64,000 nt of DNA from Octopus vulgaris. Lineage: Eukaryota. The stretch lies in contig OX597817.1 of the NCBI GenBank assembly GCA_951406725.2, positions 174,406,001 to 174,470,000 on the forward strand, read 5' to 3'. Below, piece by piece: positions 1-12,934 of the stretch. Position 1 is the stretch's first letter. Each line of letters begins with the position of its first letter. The notes under the pieces are model-generated. The model did not search any database, had not been told where the DNA came from, and worked only from the letters and a program-made list of their open reading frames with translations. Both the position numbers and the translations under genes were made by a program.

Positions 1-467
1 CTTCATCTTAGATGAATATATTATGGAGACATTGTTTTGCAGCTTGATGCCTTTCCTGTCATTAGTTTCTACATGTTTGTCAAGTGAGGGTTGTATTTCC
101 CATGTTTTCAAAGGTACAAAGCCAACAGTTGATTTATTGGCAGGGAGAATTACAACAGTTTATTGCTTTTTACACAATGAGTTTTGGAGAAGTGCATATG
201 TAAATACACAGACAAACACACACACATGGATACCTACTACCTATCTATGTACATATATACTTACATCCCTCTAGATGCAAATGAGCTCAGAAGAATACAA
301 GAGAATATCTATGAGCCATTGATAAAGAGTTTGTAAAAACAGGATAAATACTAACTTGTCTGTAGCAAAGTATGGCTGAACACGAGTTGCTGGAGAAGAA
401 ATGCAACTCCTTAATTCCTATGTTACAAATGATCACAGCAACTAAGGCAATAAAAATTTGCAACATT

Positions 468-656
468 GAATTTCCCAGGAAGTCTCATCCTCGAAATTTT
501 CCAGGAAGTCTCATTCTTGGAACTTCCTAAGAAATCCTTGGAACTTTCCAGGAAGTCCTTGGAATTTTCTGGGAAATCTCAGCCTCAGAGCTTTCCAGGA
601 ATTCTCTCATCCTCGGAACTTTCCAGGGAGTCTCTCGTCCTTAGAACTTTCCAGGC
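468..656. repeat. Degenerate minisatellite, ~21-28-nt unit built on GGAACTTTCCAGGAAGTC
   Basis: Repeated variants of 'gaactttccagg' and 'tctcatcctcg' in tandem; explains ORF 466..711. Confidence 0.8.
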
Positions 657-679
657 TTCAGATACCCCATGTCTTTATC

Positions 680-777
680 AAAAGACACTTGTCAAAGTTG
701 CTACTGTGTAGTGGGACTGAATCCAAAGTCATGTGGTTGGAAAGTGAATTTCTTAATCACAGCCATGCCTGCACCTA
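680..777 (-). mobile_element. SINE family A, 5' head fragment
   Basis: Reverse complement matches the head of the full copies at 2627 and 37659. Confidence 0.7.
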
Positions 778-1169
778 AGTAGCAATAATATTCTGGTTAT
801 GCAGTTGATGTTATGGAGGCATGGAATGGGCTGTGCAAAAATCAACCACTGTAAGTTAAAATTTTATGCTGCAAGGAAGGAAAAAAGTATTGAGTTTTGA
901 GCAGCACCTTTTGTTGGTGATAAGATCCACATCAACTAGTGTTTATGAATAAATAATGTAGGTTTTGTGGGCCCCTAATTTCATCAGGGCTCTTATTCAG
1001 TTATCCTACAGTGTCATCTGACATTTCTTTCCTCCCTGATGAAGAGTTCTGTTGGAAACATTGGGTTTCCCTTCTTTCTTGTCTTTTTTGTGTCATAAAA
1101 TTTATTTCACTTCTCGGTTTATTTGTATAACAGTATTTTTTTGGTAAGCAGGTGAATGTAGTATAATCC

Positions 1170-1475
1170 TCTTGCACTCTATCAGCTATGACAACGAGGG
1201 TTCCAGTTGATCCGATCAACCAAACAACCTGCTCGTGAACTTAACGAATGGCTGAATGCCCCACAGACACATGCACCCTTAACATAGTTGTCAGGAAGAT
1301 TCAGCATGACACAGAATGTGACTAGGCTGGCCCTTTAAATTAAAGGCACAATTCACTTTTGCTAGTTGAGTGGATTGGAGCAGTGTGGCATAATGTGTCT
1401 TGCTTAAGGACACCACACTTTGCCAGGAAATGAACTCATGACCTTTTAATTGTGAGCCAAATACCCTAACCATTA
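1170..1475 (-). mobile_element. tRNA-derived SINE family D
   Basis: Minus strand has a degenerate tRNA-like head, then GTGTCCTTAAGCAAGACAC...CTCCAATCCACTCAACT. A better head copy with A and B boxes lies at ~33895-34018 (+). Confidence 0.7.
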
Positions 1476-1794
1476 ATTATATAGTATAAAAAATGTAGTG
1501 TTAACATTAAAAAAATGTCAATATCATTCCAAATCTTCCAGCATTTCACATGGAATTTTTGGTCGTCCTATGTCATCTTGGTGTCAACTCATCATTTTTT
1601 GGCTGTAAATTTTGGTCTGAAAGATTCAGGTTGCATGCAGGTAAATAATTTTTACCGAGGCTTAAAATCTCTAGTTTATTTAGAATTTTGCTGTGTGTTT
1701 ATTTATTAAGTGAGTTAATTAACTAAGGATGTGAAAGTCATTAAGATATTTCTGATCTACTTTGATCTACTTTGCTAACTAATCTTTCCAATAA

Positions 1795-2040
1795 GGGATG
1801 AGGGAGCTTCTACATGGTCGTTCAATCTGCTAGAAATAGCAGCCAAATATACCCACAAACCATGTTGTGAAAAAAATAAACTAAGAGGATACAATTTATA
1901 ATGTTATCTTGGATAGCATACTATATCTCTAAAAATAAGACAGGTTCTTCATAGCTAAAATGCTTTTTTGATCATAGATCTACTTGATTAGGACTAACAT
2001 TAATGGTCTAAACATTAATGACAACAACAACAACAACAAC
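1795..2040 (+). mobile_element. Interspersed retroposon-like repeat (family E) with (CAA)n tail
   Basis: Core GCTAGAAATAGCAGCCAAAT; diverged reverse copies at ~20880-21355, ~27985-28185 and ~55700-55795. Confidence 0.55.
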
Positions 2041-2626
2041 ACACCTAACAGAAAATATGATACGATGTCAAAGCCTACTAGCTAAGATTTCTGATAGACA
2101 AATCATACAAAATGGGAAATTGTTTCAATATCAATTATGTATAATAAGAATTATTTTACACTAGAAATGTGTTATTGCACTTAAACTAATCTAACCTATC
2201 TTAATCTGAGTCACTTATGCTATTCATTGCCTAATTCTATCTACTTTTAATTGGAAAGAAGTTTTTGATAAGTATCAGCGTAACTTTATATTCTATCAGA
2301 AAACATTCACAAGAGATTAGAATATAAGTTAATTACCAAAATATTCCATCTGATATATATTTATTCTAGAAGTACATTATTAAGTTGTCATATGTAACCC
2401 TGTAACCTCTTTGGAATTATTCTTTTTAAGAGTTATTTTTAAGATTATTTTCTTTAGTGAAACATTTCTGAAAATGTTCAGAATCTAAATAATGCAGTTA
2501 ACCTTGTCTTGATGTGGTTTTAATGGGGATATTTAAATGTGTTTCATACAGGAAGTATTTTAAGTTATTGATTTTTTTTATCACATGAAAATTTCTAAAA
2601 AAAAAAAAAAAAAAGAAAGAAAATTA

Positions 2627-2786
2627 TAGGTGCAGAAGTAGCTGTGTGGTAAGTGGCTTGCTTACCAACTACATGGCTCCAGGTTCAGCCCCAGTGTGTA
2701 GCACCTTGGGCAAGTGTCTTCTGCTATAGCCTTGGGCTGACCAAAGTGAGTGGATTTGGCAGATGGAAACTGAAAGAAGGCCATAG

Positions 2787-2821
<35 letters not shown>

Positions 2822-3020
2822 ATGTCTGTGTTTGTCCCTCTGCCATCATTTGACAATCGATGTTGGTGTGTTCACGTCCCCATAACTTAGCGGTTTAGCA
2901 AAAGAGACTGATAGAATAAGTACTAGACTTACAAAGAATAAGTCCTGGGGTCAATTTGTTCGACTAAAGGCGGTGTTCCAGCATGGCCACAGTCAAATGA
3001 CTGAAACAAATTAAAAGAAT
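2627..3020 (+). mobile_element. tRNA-derived SINE family A, full length
   Basis: Head GGCTGTGTGGTAAG...GGTTCAG; central GCACCTTGGGCAAGTGTCTTC; internal (TA)/(TG) microsatellite; tail CAGTCAAATGACTGAAACAA. Many copies in the window. Confidence 0.9.
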
Positions 3021-3559
3021 ATTATCTAATGACTAATTAATTATATTTTACTTGTTTCAGTTATTCATGGTGGGATACTGACTCAAAGAGATTAGGTCCC
3101 AGTGCTTATTCTAAATTTTTAAGCCTGTTTCTTTTACCGATAATTTTTGTGTGAAGAAAGCAATTAGGAAATGAGACATCATTTAACATTAACACATTTT
3201 TTATTGTTGTGATTGAAAGCAATGAGCTACAGTGTCTCGGTCAAAATATATACAATACTCACATGGGGAGGTCATAGAAATTACTGGAGTCAACACAACT
3301 TAAACAAAACATTTTGTAAATAACGAGTATACTTTGCTGAACATGTGGTCAGAGAAAAATCGAAGTACATTTCAGTGTAGCTCTTGCATGCTGTCCTGGC
3401 ATAGGCAAAGAGAGAGATCTGTGCTTCTTGGCATCCAAGCAGTGAAAGAGAAAGAGATTCACAACCACTGGAATACACAGGTGTCACCTGCAACTCTACC
3501 TGGTGGTGTTTACTAGCAAAGGGACATAATTCAGCTAACCTCGCAAGTCGACTACATTC

Positions 3560-3845
3560 GTTTATGCTGAAACATCATGAACTACTGGGATGTAAAGAAA
3601 CCAACACCAGTTGTCAAACAGTGTAGGGGACAAATACAAACACAAAGATACACATATATAAATGTATACATACATATATATACATGATAGGCTTCTTTCA
3701 GTTTCCGTCTCCCAAATCCACTCACAAGACTTTGGGTAGCTTGGGGACTTTAACAGAAGACACTTGCCCAAGGTGCCATGCAGTAGGGCTAAACCAGAAC
3801 CAATTGGTTGGGAAACAAATTTCATACTACACTACCATGCCTGCA
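3560..3845 (-). mobile_element. SINE family A, partial
   Basis: Reverse-complement similarity to 2627-3020. Confidence 0.8.
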
Positions 3846-4019
3846 TCTTATAAATTATATTTTCATTTTTCCAGCAAATTAGGGAGATATCTGTGGTTAT
3901 TCTGACCTCATCAACAAAGCAATCCTTTATTGTATTTGTCTAAGTAGTGATGAAAGAATCCCTAAGTGAATCGTCCTAGCAAAATAGAGTTCTTTAGAAC
4001 TATCAAAAGATATTCGTTC

Positions 4020-4440
4020 ACTCCTTTACTTGTTTCAGTCCTTAGATTGCAAACATTCTGGGGCAGGCCCTTAAAGGGTTTAGTCAGTCAATTTGACCCC
4101 AGTACTTATTTCTTAAATGTGTTGCTTACTCCTTACATCTATTTTGCTGAATTGCTGAGAAATTAATATGTAAACAAATCAACACTGGTTGTTGAACAGT
4201 GTGGGTGCAAACATAAACACACACACACACAACCATCAGTGTGTGTGTGTATCTGTGTGTGTGTATGTATGTATGTATAGAACAGGCTTCTGCACAGTTT
4301 CTGCAAATTCACTTACAAGGCATTGGTTAACCTGAGACTGTAGTGGCAGACACTTGCCTGAGGTGCTGCACAGTAGGACTGAACCTGAAACCACATGGTT
4401 GTGAAGTGAATTTCTCAACCACACAGTCATGCCTGCACCT
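4020..4440 (-). mobile_element. SINE family A, diverged
   Basis: Reverse-complement similarity to both head and tail of family A. Confidence 0.8.
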
Positions 4441-4499
4441 TAATGATGCTTTGTAAAGCATTGTTTTGATTTATGGCCCTCTGTGTTATAGGTCCAGGA

Positions 4500-4985
4500 T
4501 GCTTCCACCTCAAGACTCTTAGAGATAGTTTATATTCAACTCTTTATGCCTTGACAGACAGTCAAAGAAGAGGAGAATGTCTTAAGTACTCATAGTCTTC
4601 TTTCTGCAGTTTCTCTCATGGCTGATTCTTCCTATGTTTGATAAGCAAGTTCTGTTGGGCAAGGAAGGTGCTGCAGGTCTGCAGTGGCTTGTCTTTCTTT
4701 CTTTGGCATTTTGTTTCAAGTTTCCAGGACGTTTTCTTCCTCGGGCTGTTCGACTCCTTTGCACACTAAGGTTTTCTATGCTGTTCTGTCCATAGCTAAC
4801 TTTTCCCAAGTCTTTGCATCAATGTGGCTCTTGGTCAGGTTGCTCTTACGTATGTCCTTAAATCTCAGCTATGATCATCGTCTGAATCTGCCACCATGAA
4901 CCAACTTGCCATATAACAGCTGTTTGGGAATTCTGTTGTCATCCACTTCTCATGTCCAAGCCATCTCAGTCTCTTTCTTCACAGA
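4500..4985 (-). pseudogene. RTE (BovB-like) LINE 3' fragment, disrupted ORF end
   Basis: Minus strand translates (with stops and shifts) to RLRWLGH..DDNRIPKQLLYGKL..LRFKDIRKSNL..TWEKLAMDR..GRISHERNC, a typical RTE RT C-terminus. Confidence 0.85.
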
Positions 4986-5699
4986 GATAGTTTAGAAATT
5001 TAAAATATAATATTGGAAATATATTCATAAAGATTATAGCTGTTTTCCAATTCATATTGGAAATATATTATTAATGATAATAAATCTTTAATAAATGTTA
5101 CAAGGAAGAGGAATTGGAAAGAAAGAGGAGAAAGAACAATGACATCAAAAGGATTGGAATAGGTGGGAGGTGGAATGAACAAGAGTAGGATTGGAAAGCT
5201 ACCCACATAGTTTTCTCCTGACTATCCATTCCTTCCTCTTTTTCCTCTTTCATAGACTCTCTTCCACTATTCAACAAAATCCATGCTTGAAATGTCATAA
5301 TTTTATTTTTAATATTTCATCTAAAATTTTTCATCTAAAACATCAAACTAATATACTCTTGGAGTGCATCCATTTGACTTGTATTTGTTTTTGTCCTTGA
5401 AATTGCCATTCATCACTTATCTGCCTATGTGTAGAGGTAGTTGGGAAGAGAGGGAGTGATTGCCAGTAGCTGATGGGCAGAAGCAGAAGTAGGTGTAAAA
5501 TGGTATACCCTACATTTCAAGTTATCTAAACACATGTGGTCTAGTGCATAGTGAATTAATTACTTAAGTTCATCCTCTTTACCTTATCATTCAAGGATAA
5601 ATACTAGATTTCTTTGGAATATAAGCTATATATATATATATATATAATATATAAATATATGCATATATACATACATATATATGTATGTATATACATATA

Positions 5700-6345
5700 T
5701 GGGTACAGGACATCAAAATAACATTGAACACAATGAGAAATGAAAACATAAAAGCAAAAACATAGAAACGAACTTGTTTTCGAACAACGAAAATAAACAA
5801 ACAGAGAAACAAGACATACAACATAAGGAATATTCCCCTTCTTCAGTTGTCCCTGTCTCAACTACTCCACGTTTTGAAGGCAAGGACAAGATGTGACTTC
5901 GTTGAAACAGTCCTTCCCGCAAAGCAAATTAGATAAAATTTGAAATTTTTTGCGGAGGGCGAAATTGGTAACAAGAACAGGACAGTGAGAAGAAAACAGT
6001 AAAAACAAATGGTGAGGGCTGCTGAGCCAAGACGATAGAAAAAATATTCTGAATGTGAGGACGATGAGCTTATGAAGGAGACAGTATAAGCACATCCTTT
6101 CACTTTGAAGGTTGTGGGCAGAAAGACAGATTATCTTTTGTCATGTGTCAGAGACGAGAGAGTCGAGGAGGAGGTATGAGAGAGAGGGAACGGTGAAGAG
6201 GAGAGGAGAAGAATAGGGAAGGGTGGGGGAGAAAACCAGAAGGGATGAAGAACAAGAGAGGGAGAGAGATAGTAATGGTAGAAGAGTGCGCATCGTAATT
6301 ATTAAGATAAAACTTACTTGGAAAAGGATGCGTGACGTTTGATCA
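5700..6345 (-). mobile_element. Unclassified insertion in (TA)n, possibly a Penelope-like 3' fragment
   Basis: Bounded by TA-rich microsatellites; pyrimidine-rich on the minus strand; weak 'FYRLGSAA' similarity to PLE GIY-YIG C-termini; partial hammerhead core only. Confidence 0.3.
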
Positions 6346-6384
6346 TATAATAATATAAATAATATATATGTATGTATGTATTTA

Positions 6385-6665
6385 TTCTTTTATTTGTTTC
6401 AGTAATTTGACTGCAGCTATGCTGGAGCACCACCTTTAGTTGAACAAATCAACCTCAGGACTTATTCTTCGTAAGACTAGTACTTGTTATATCAGTCTCT
6501 TTTGCTGAAGTGCTAAGTTACGGGGACATAGACACATCAACATCAAGTTGTCAAGCGATGGTGGGACTGAACCTGAGTACAGAGAAGAAACACAAACACA
6601 CATATATAAAAATAAATATGACGGGCTTCTTTCAGTTTCGATCTACCAAATCCACTCACAAGGCT
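6385..6665 (-). mobile_element. SINE family A, 3' part
   Basis: Reverse complement of the family A tail. Confidence 0.85.
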
Positions 6666-7974
6666 CGGATGGCGCTCTTAGCATTCCACTAGCATGGATG
6701 CCAGTCATGCGGTGCTGTCATTGGCCACATCAGTGAATTTTATTTTGATTTCACTTGCCTCAACAGGTCTTCACAAGCAGAGTTTAGTGTCCAATGAAGG
6801 AGAGGTAGGCATAAGTGGGCTGATTACACCCCTGGCAAAGGCCACGAGGTTAGGATCTCATTTGGCTTGCCGGGTCTTCTCAAGCACAGCATGTTTCCAA
6901 AAGTCTTGGTCACTAGTCATTGCTTCGGTGAGGCTTAATGTTTCTCTGTTTGTGACCTTGAAGTCAGTAATTCAGCCATCCATGTCACTACTCAAGCCTT
7001 CTATCCTCAAATACAATGTTCCTATATTTTATCTTTTGCCTTTTACTTATTTATGTGAGGTGTTGGTGCCTGTAAAAACATATCTGACCAGGGGGAAATA
7101 TATTGTTTAGAATACAGGTGAGTGTTGACAACAGGAAGGGTATCAAGCTGTAGAAAATCTGCCTTAGCAAAATTTGTCTGACCCATACAAGCATGGAAAA
7201 AAATGTACATTAAAGTGATGATGAAGATGATGGTGTGTCTTCAAACTTGTCTATTTATTATTGGGAAAACTGAAATGTAGCATAAAAAAGCATCCATATT
7301 TCGTAAGTTTTAGTATTTTGGAATATGTTTAACCTTTTAAAACATCAAGCCTAACCCATCCATAAAAAAAATATAGAAAAGAAAATTTTCCTCTCTGGTT
7401 TTGAAAGTTTAGATATTTACGTATGAATAGTTGCTCCTTCGATTTTTAATCTCTCACTCAACTATGAAGTAAGGATCATACCTACTTTCATCTTAGTTAT
7501 TTTTGGTGAAAACTGCAATATGCCTTAGCATAAAACACTATAAAACCAGTTTTTGCTTCAATATTTCTCTGGTTACCTCAATATTTCTCTATAAAAATAA
7601 GTGCCATTTACTCTTCTTCACTCCACTAGGTTTTGAACATGTGACCTTGAAATCAGTAATTCAGCCATCCATGTCACTACTCAAGCCTTCCATCCTCAAA
7701 TACAATGTTCCTATATTTTATCTTTTGCCTTTTGTTTCAATCTTTGGACTGTGTCCATGCTGGGGCATTGTCTTTAATGGGCTTAGTTGAAAATAGTCAA
7801 CCCCATTATTTATGTTCTTTTTTTCAAGTCTGCTACTTATTCTATCAGTTTCTTATGCTGAATAGCTGTGTTACAAGAATGTAAACAAACCAACACCGGC
7901 TGTCAAGTGGTGAAGTGAACAAATGTAAAGACATTCAAATATGCATACACACATGAATGCATACACGCATGCAT

Positions 7975-8007
<33 letters not shown>

Positions 8008-8039
8008 TATGATTATTTTTTGGAATGGTGAAATTTGAA

Positions 8040-8582
8040 GTTTCTGGTTAGAAGTTTGCTTTCTAACCACATGGCTCTGGTTTCAGTCCCACTGTGTGTC
8101 ACTTTGCACAAGTGTCTTCTATTATAGCTTCAGGCTAACCCAAACCTTGTGAATGGATTTGGTATATGGAAACTGAAAGAAGCTTACCATGTATATATAT
8201 ATATACACTCACGGAGTGGTTGGCATTAGGAAGGGCATCCAGCTGTAGAAACACTGCCAGATCAGACTGGAGCCTGGTGCAGCCTTCTGGCTTCCCAGAT
8301 CCCCGGTCGAACCATCCAACCTATGCTAGCATGGAGAACGGACGTTAAACGATGATGATGATGATATATATATATATTATATGTGTGTGTGTTTGTCTCC
8401 AGCAACAATTTGATGACTGATGTTGGTTTGTTTTTGCCCCTGTAACTTAGCAATTTGGTAAAAAGGGTCTGATTGAATAAGTAACAGACTTTTGAAACAA
8501 GTCCTGGGGTTGATTCGTTTGACTAAAATTCCTCAAAGTGGTGCCCCAGCATGGCTGCAGTCCAATAAGTGAAACAAGTAAA
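8040..8582 (+). mobile_element. SINE family A interrupted at its internal (TA)n by a (GAT)n-tailed retroposon (8205-8363)
   Basis: Head 8040-8190, tail 8380-8582. The insert has GTGGTTGGCATTAGGAAGGGCATCCAGCTGTAG...GGACGTTAAACGATGATGATG. Confidence 0.8.
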
Positions 8583-9114
8583 AAATAAAAAAAAAAAGTA
8601 CACACACACACATGACAGATTTCCACACAGTTTCCATGTACTAAATTCACTCTCAACATATTGGTCAGCCTGGGGTTGAAATTGTCTATTCCCTGGTACC
8701 AAGCAATGGAACCGAACCCAAAAAACCACACACTCACAAAGCAAAGCAGAGCGACCTTAACCACACAGCCACACCGAAATCCAACATACAACTTATCTTT
8801 ATTTTTCCAAAAATGCGAGCAGCAAATATTTTTTGACAAGTTATTAGAAGTTGCGTCTATCGAGATTCTTCACTGATAATCCATTTCATGTTCAATAAAC
8901 TAAAAAGCTGCACTATTTCAGTCTCTGGAAGCATCTTGTTGCAGCAGTAGCAGCAGCAGCTATTCATTCGGTTGCAAGCCAATGTGCACACTGTTCACTT
9001 GGTTTATCATGTACCTTGCTACTGCAGCGACGAGTCAGTATCTGACTTGTCACGATGCACACAAAGCTCATGTTATTGCTTTTTTTTCTCCTTGTTTTGT
9101 TTTTGTTACACGTC

Positions 9115-9300
9115 TTTTATTTATATTTTATTTTATTTTATTTTATTTTATTTTATTTTATTTTATTTTATTTTATTTTATTTTATTTTATTTTATTTTA
9201 TTTTATTTTATTTTATTTTATTTTATTTTATTTTATTTTATTTTATTTTATTTTATTTTATTTTATTTATATTTTATTTCATTTTATTTTATTTTATTTA
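9115..9300. repeat. (TTTTA)n pentanucleotide microsatellite
   Basis: Direct observation; source of the FYFIL-repeat ORFs. Confidence 0.97.
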
Positions 9301-9571
9301 CTACCTACTGCAGCAGTTGATGCTCTGTCTGTTGTGGTTATTTTGCAGTATGTTGCAGTACAGTTTATTTCTCATGTTATTTAAACTCCCCTCCTCTCTC
9401 TCTCTCCCTCTCTCTGTCACCTTTCTTCCTTCCTCTCTCCACCTTTCTCTCTCCCCTCCAACTTCTCCTGCTCTCTTTTCTCTCTATCTCTATTTTTAGT
9501 TTTAAGAAGTTAGATTTCTTATGCTTCACCTTTAACTGAAGAATCAGTAGCAGTGATTATGACGAAACTGC

Positions 9572-9614
<43 letters not shown>

Positions 9615-9777
9615 TAATAATAATAATGATAATCATCATTATCATAATCAGTAGCAGTGATTATGTTGAAAGTGTATAGTAATGACGGTCACTCCCGTCA
9701 ATTTCGATGTATGAGTGTTTGACAGAGAAGATTTAAAAGAATAAAGAGAGAGAAAGAAAAAAAAAATGATGATAATA

Positions 9778-9980
9778 ATGGTTTCAAATTTTGGCACAAG
9801 GCCAGCAATTTTGGGGGCAGGGGTAGGTTGATTACATAAACACCAGTGATCAACTGGTACTTATTTTATTGGCCCTTAAAGGAGGAGAAGTAAAGTTGAC
9901 TTCAGCAGAATTCAAACTCAGAACGTAAAGACAGACAAAATGCCGATTGGCATTATGCATGGCGTGCTAACGATTCTGTC
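9778..9980 (-). mobile_element. SINE family B
   Basis: Reverse complement of the family B body (GAGTTCAAATTC..GTCGACTTTGCCTTTCATCC..AAGTACCAG). Further copies at ~10585-10800, ~11287-11500, ~13720-13870, ~21435-21620 and ~33480-33720. Confidence 0.8.
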
Positions 9981-10128
9981 TTATATAATAATGATGATGA
10001 TGATGATGATGATAACAACAGCAGCAATAATAAAATGATGATGATAATAATAATAATAATAATAATGGTAATGATAAAAATTACAACAACAGCAATAATG
10101 ATAAAATAATAATAACAATAATGACTGC

Positions 10129-10159
<31 letters not shown>

Positions 10160-10162
<3 letters not shown>

Positions 10163-10564
10163 CAGTAATAGAAGCTAGAAGGCTTGATTTGGTAGTGGTA
10201 GATAAAGAGAATAGAATGTACCAGATAATTGACTTTACAGTCTCAAATGTTGAGAAAGTCAATATAATAAAGTATAGAGAAAATAGCAAAGTACCAGGAC
10301 CTAATCATTGAATTACAGAGACTATGGGAAGTGCAGATAAATTGTATCCCTGTAGTTATGGGTGCATTAGGAACTATCCCTAAAGTTTTGAACAGATGGA
10401 TAGAGGAAACAAGCATAAAACTCAGTATAGTACAGCTCCAGAAAATAGTGTTATTAGGGACAGCTAAGATACTTAGGAAGGTTCTTGGCATCTAAGGTTA
10501 CTTGTTGTAGCCCGATGCTACGATTTTTTCTTTTCCAACAATTTAATCTGTTGAGCATATACGA
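10160..10564 (+). mobile_element. R4/Dong-type RLE non-LTR retrotransposon, 3' fragment
   Basis: Translates to IEARRLDLVVVDKENRMYQIIDFTV..EKIAKYQDLIIELQRLWEVQINCIPVVMGALGTIPK..IVLLGTAKILRKVLGI* (stop 10493-10495), then a short 3' UTR; (AAT)n on both sides. Confidence 0.85.
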
Positions 10565-10821
10565 AATAATAATAATAATAATAATGGTTTCAAATTTTGC
10601 TATAAGGGCAGCAATTTTGGGGGAGAGGGTAAGTCAATTACATTGACCCCAGAGTTTCACTGGTACTTAATTTCTTGACCCCTGAAAGGATGAAGAGCAA
10701 AGTTGACCTCAGTGGAATTTGAACTCAGCATGTAGTGACGGGCAAAATACCACTAAGCATTTTGTCTAGCAGGCTAATGATTCTGCCAGCTCACTGCTTC
10801 ATATAATAATTATAATAATAA

Positions 10822-11260
10822 TAATAATAATATAAAAGATGGTCTACAGTAAATATTCTGCTCAGTACCACAGACTTGCATGTCAGTTATCTGACCGTAA
10901 CTAGTTGAGCATGTCCCTTGGTGGCTGACAATATTTGCATCTCTGATCATGAGCAGGAGTAGTGGGGGTGCATCATAGCCATGTGTTGAGAGGAATTCTA
11001 TGGAGTTTGAATAATTCACTTCTGGAAACATGGGTGTTTTGTTCATCATCCTTAAACAACCCTCATTCAGGGACCTTTTTAGTGGGATGGTCTACTCAAC
11101 CCGAAGAAAATTCTAACTGGGCTCCTTCTGCAAGTTTATGTGCTGTTATATCAGACGGGTAGTAATGATAGGTATATTGGGCTTCGTATAATTGTACCCC
11201 AATATCACTTTGATGGCATGTGCTGCTCTCTCATTCAATAATAATAATAATAATAATTAT
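10822..11260. mobile_element. Unclassified interspersed repeat
   Basis: 10845-11000 matches the reverse complement of ~25370-25525. Confidence 0.55.
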
Positions 11261-11499
11261 GTTAATACTGTATGATAATAAGAATAATCCTTTCTACTAT
11301 AGGTACAAGGCTTGAAATTTGGTGGAGGAAGCTAGTCTATTACATTGACCCCAGTACTCTACTGGTACTTATTTTATCGACACTGAAAGAATGAAAGGCA
11401 AAGTTGACCTTGGTGGAATTTGAACTCAGAACATAAAGACAGACGAAATTCTGCTAAGCATTTTGCCCAGCATGTTAATGACTCTGCCAGCTCACTGCC

Positions 11500-11590
<91 letters not shown>

Positions 11591-11609
11591 TAATAATAAT
11601 AATAATAAT

Positions 11610-12473
11610 AGCAAGAAAAGCCCCTTCATGGTAAATACAAGACTAAACTAAACGCAAAAGAAATAGACAAAGAAAAATCCCAGCAATGGTTGAGAAGCTC
11701 AGGACTCAAAGCAGAAACAGAGGGATTTTTAATTGCAGCACAAGACCAAAGCCTCCCCACCAGAAATTACCAAAAACATGTAATGAAAAGAAATATTACA
11801 AGTAACTGCAGAATATGTGGAGATGGACAAGAAACAATAAATCATATTATCTCTAGCTGCCCAGTCCTGGCTAAGAAGGAATATATTCACAGACATGACA
11901 GAGTTGGAACCTACATACATTGGAAGCTATGCCAACATTATGGAATAACAACAGAAAAAAGATGGTATAGGCACACACCAGAAAAGGTCACAGAAAACGA
12001 GAAAGCAACCATACTCTGGGATATGCCGATACACACAGATAGAGAAATTAAGGCCAACAGACCAGATATAGTTGTCAGAGACCATGAAGAAAAAAATGCT
12101 TTCTAATTGATGTATCAATACCGGCTGATGACAACGTGTCTCTAAAAGAAATGGAGAAACTCTCAAAATACAAAGACCTGGAAATAGAGGTAACTAGAAT
12201 GTGGAATCTGAAAACAGAAACAATTCCTATCATAGTAGGTGCATTAGGCATGATAAAAAAATATTCAGACAAATACATAACAAAAACACCAGGACTTACA
12301 AACACATATAACATACAGAAAATTGCACTACTAGGCACTGCACACATCCTATGCAGAACACTTTCCATACAATAACCATCAGAGCGTCACAACAAATCAC
12401 AGCACATACCCAAGGCACACAGAGCTGCACTCGGTAGTGAAGTGAAAGCATGCTATAAAAATAAAGCTACTGA
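11610..12473 (+). mobile_element. R4/Dong-type RLE non-LTR retrotransposon, 5'-truncated, single frameshift
   Basis: ORFs 11690..12106 and 12136..12375 carry ETEGFLIAAQDQ, a CCHC knuckle (CRICGDGQETINHIISSC..RHD), an RLE motif RPDIVV..(D)VSIP..KLSKYKDL and IPIIVGALG..LLGTAHIL. Frameshift in the A-run near 12090; long (AAT)n both sides. Confidence 0.93.
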
Positions 12474-12505
12474 ATAATAGTAATAATAATAATAACAATA
12501 ATAAC

Positions 12506-12601
<96 letters not shown>

Positions 12602-12630
12602 TAATAATAATAACAACAGCAACAATAATA

Positions 12631-12875
12631 AAAGAGTGCATTATAGATGTGGCTATATCTGCAGACATGAATGTAGCAATCAAAGAACAGGAGAAAATAG
12701 GAAAATACCAGGATTTGGCTCAGGGAAATATGATGAGTGTGGAGGGTTTCTACAAGAGTAACCCCAGTTATTATAGGTACCCTAGGCATCATGGTCAACA
12801 AACTTAACTTTTCAGAAATCTGCTCTATAGGGAACAGTAAGAATTGTAAGAAAGGTCTTTTGATATCTAAGGGAA
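12631..12875 (+). mobile_element. R4/Dong-type RLE LINE 3' fragment, different subfamily, degraded
   Basis: IIDVAISADMNVAIKEQEKIGKYQDL..WRVSTRVTPVIIGTLG directly after an (AAT)n array. Confidence 0.75.
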
Positions 12876-12934
12876 CTGGTTGTGGTTTGGTATCAAGAAC
12901 ATTGATTCTGAATGTAAAATATTTGTGTGCACCA

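Noticed and set aside
5820-5900. Hammerhead on the minus strand (CTGAAGAAGG..)
   Set aside because: No GAAA or stem III downstream; a permuted reading requires the core to overlap stem I.
8972-9499. 175-aa hydrophobic ORF and overlapping ORFs (FYFIL repeats)
   Set aside because: Translation of the (TTTTA)n microsatellite, open only because the repeat lacks stops.
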